DNA of 64,000 bases, from NCBI GenBank assembly GCA_030264375.1, contig JASCQW010000190.1, forward strand, positions 95,133,692-95,197,691, given 5' to 3'. The notes beneath the pieces were generated by a model, which did no database searches, was not told the origin of the DNA, and worked only from the letters and a program-made list of their open reading frames with translations. Shown here piece by piece: positions 63,725 to 64,000 of this stretch (its first letter is position 1; every line of letters begins with the position of its first letter). The DNA is from Carcharhinus longimanus. Lineage: Eukaryota. The position numbers and the translations under genes were made by a program.

Positions 63725-64000
63725 AGTTTAAAGTTTATTAGTGCCACAAGTAGGCTTACATTAACAATGCAATGAAGTTACTTTGAAAATCTTTAGTTGC
63801 CACACTCCGGCACCTGTTCGGGTACACTATGGGTGAACTTAGCATGGCCAATGCACCCAACCAGCATGTCTTTGGACTGTGAGAGGAAACTGGAGCACCT
63901 GGAGAAAATCCACACAGAATGGGGACGACACACAGACAGTGACCCAAGCCAGGAATCAAGCCTTCCTTGGAGTTGTGAGGCAGCAATGCTAACCACTGTG
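63725..64000 (-). mobile_element. tRNA-derived SINE, runs off the window end
   Basis: Reverse complement of the 54020-54320 type. Confidence 0.85.

Overview
Vertebrate genomic DNA, AT-rich with many assembly gaps. The repeat landscape (HE1-like SINEs, CR1/L2 LINEs, Penelope-like palindromes) points to an elasmobranch shark. On the + strand are coding exons 4-11 of HDAC8 (4549-39009; exons 1-3 lie upstream of the window), followed about 19 kb later by CITED1 (CDS 57911-58366 with a probable upstream non-coding exon). This matches the HDAC8-CITED1 order on human Xq13. Most ORFs in the supplied track are spurious or transposon-derived. Most interesting unexplained structures: (1) a ~420-bp A-tailed retroposon at 50663-51082 (-) whose head is a chimera of the U1 snRNA 5' part and the U2 snRNA 5' end, with a second diverged U2-headed copy at ~3984-4180, suggesting an snRNA-derived SINE family; (2) a ~395-bp Penelope-type foldback in the CITED1 intron carrying a sense-strand minimal hammerhead ribozyme core; (3) a 113-bp ~95% identical inverted duplication of intronic sequence just downstream of HDAC8 exon 10; (4) a perfect 29-bp-stem hairpin at 43164-43228. 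All family assignments are from recalled consensus sequences, not from database searches.
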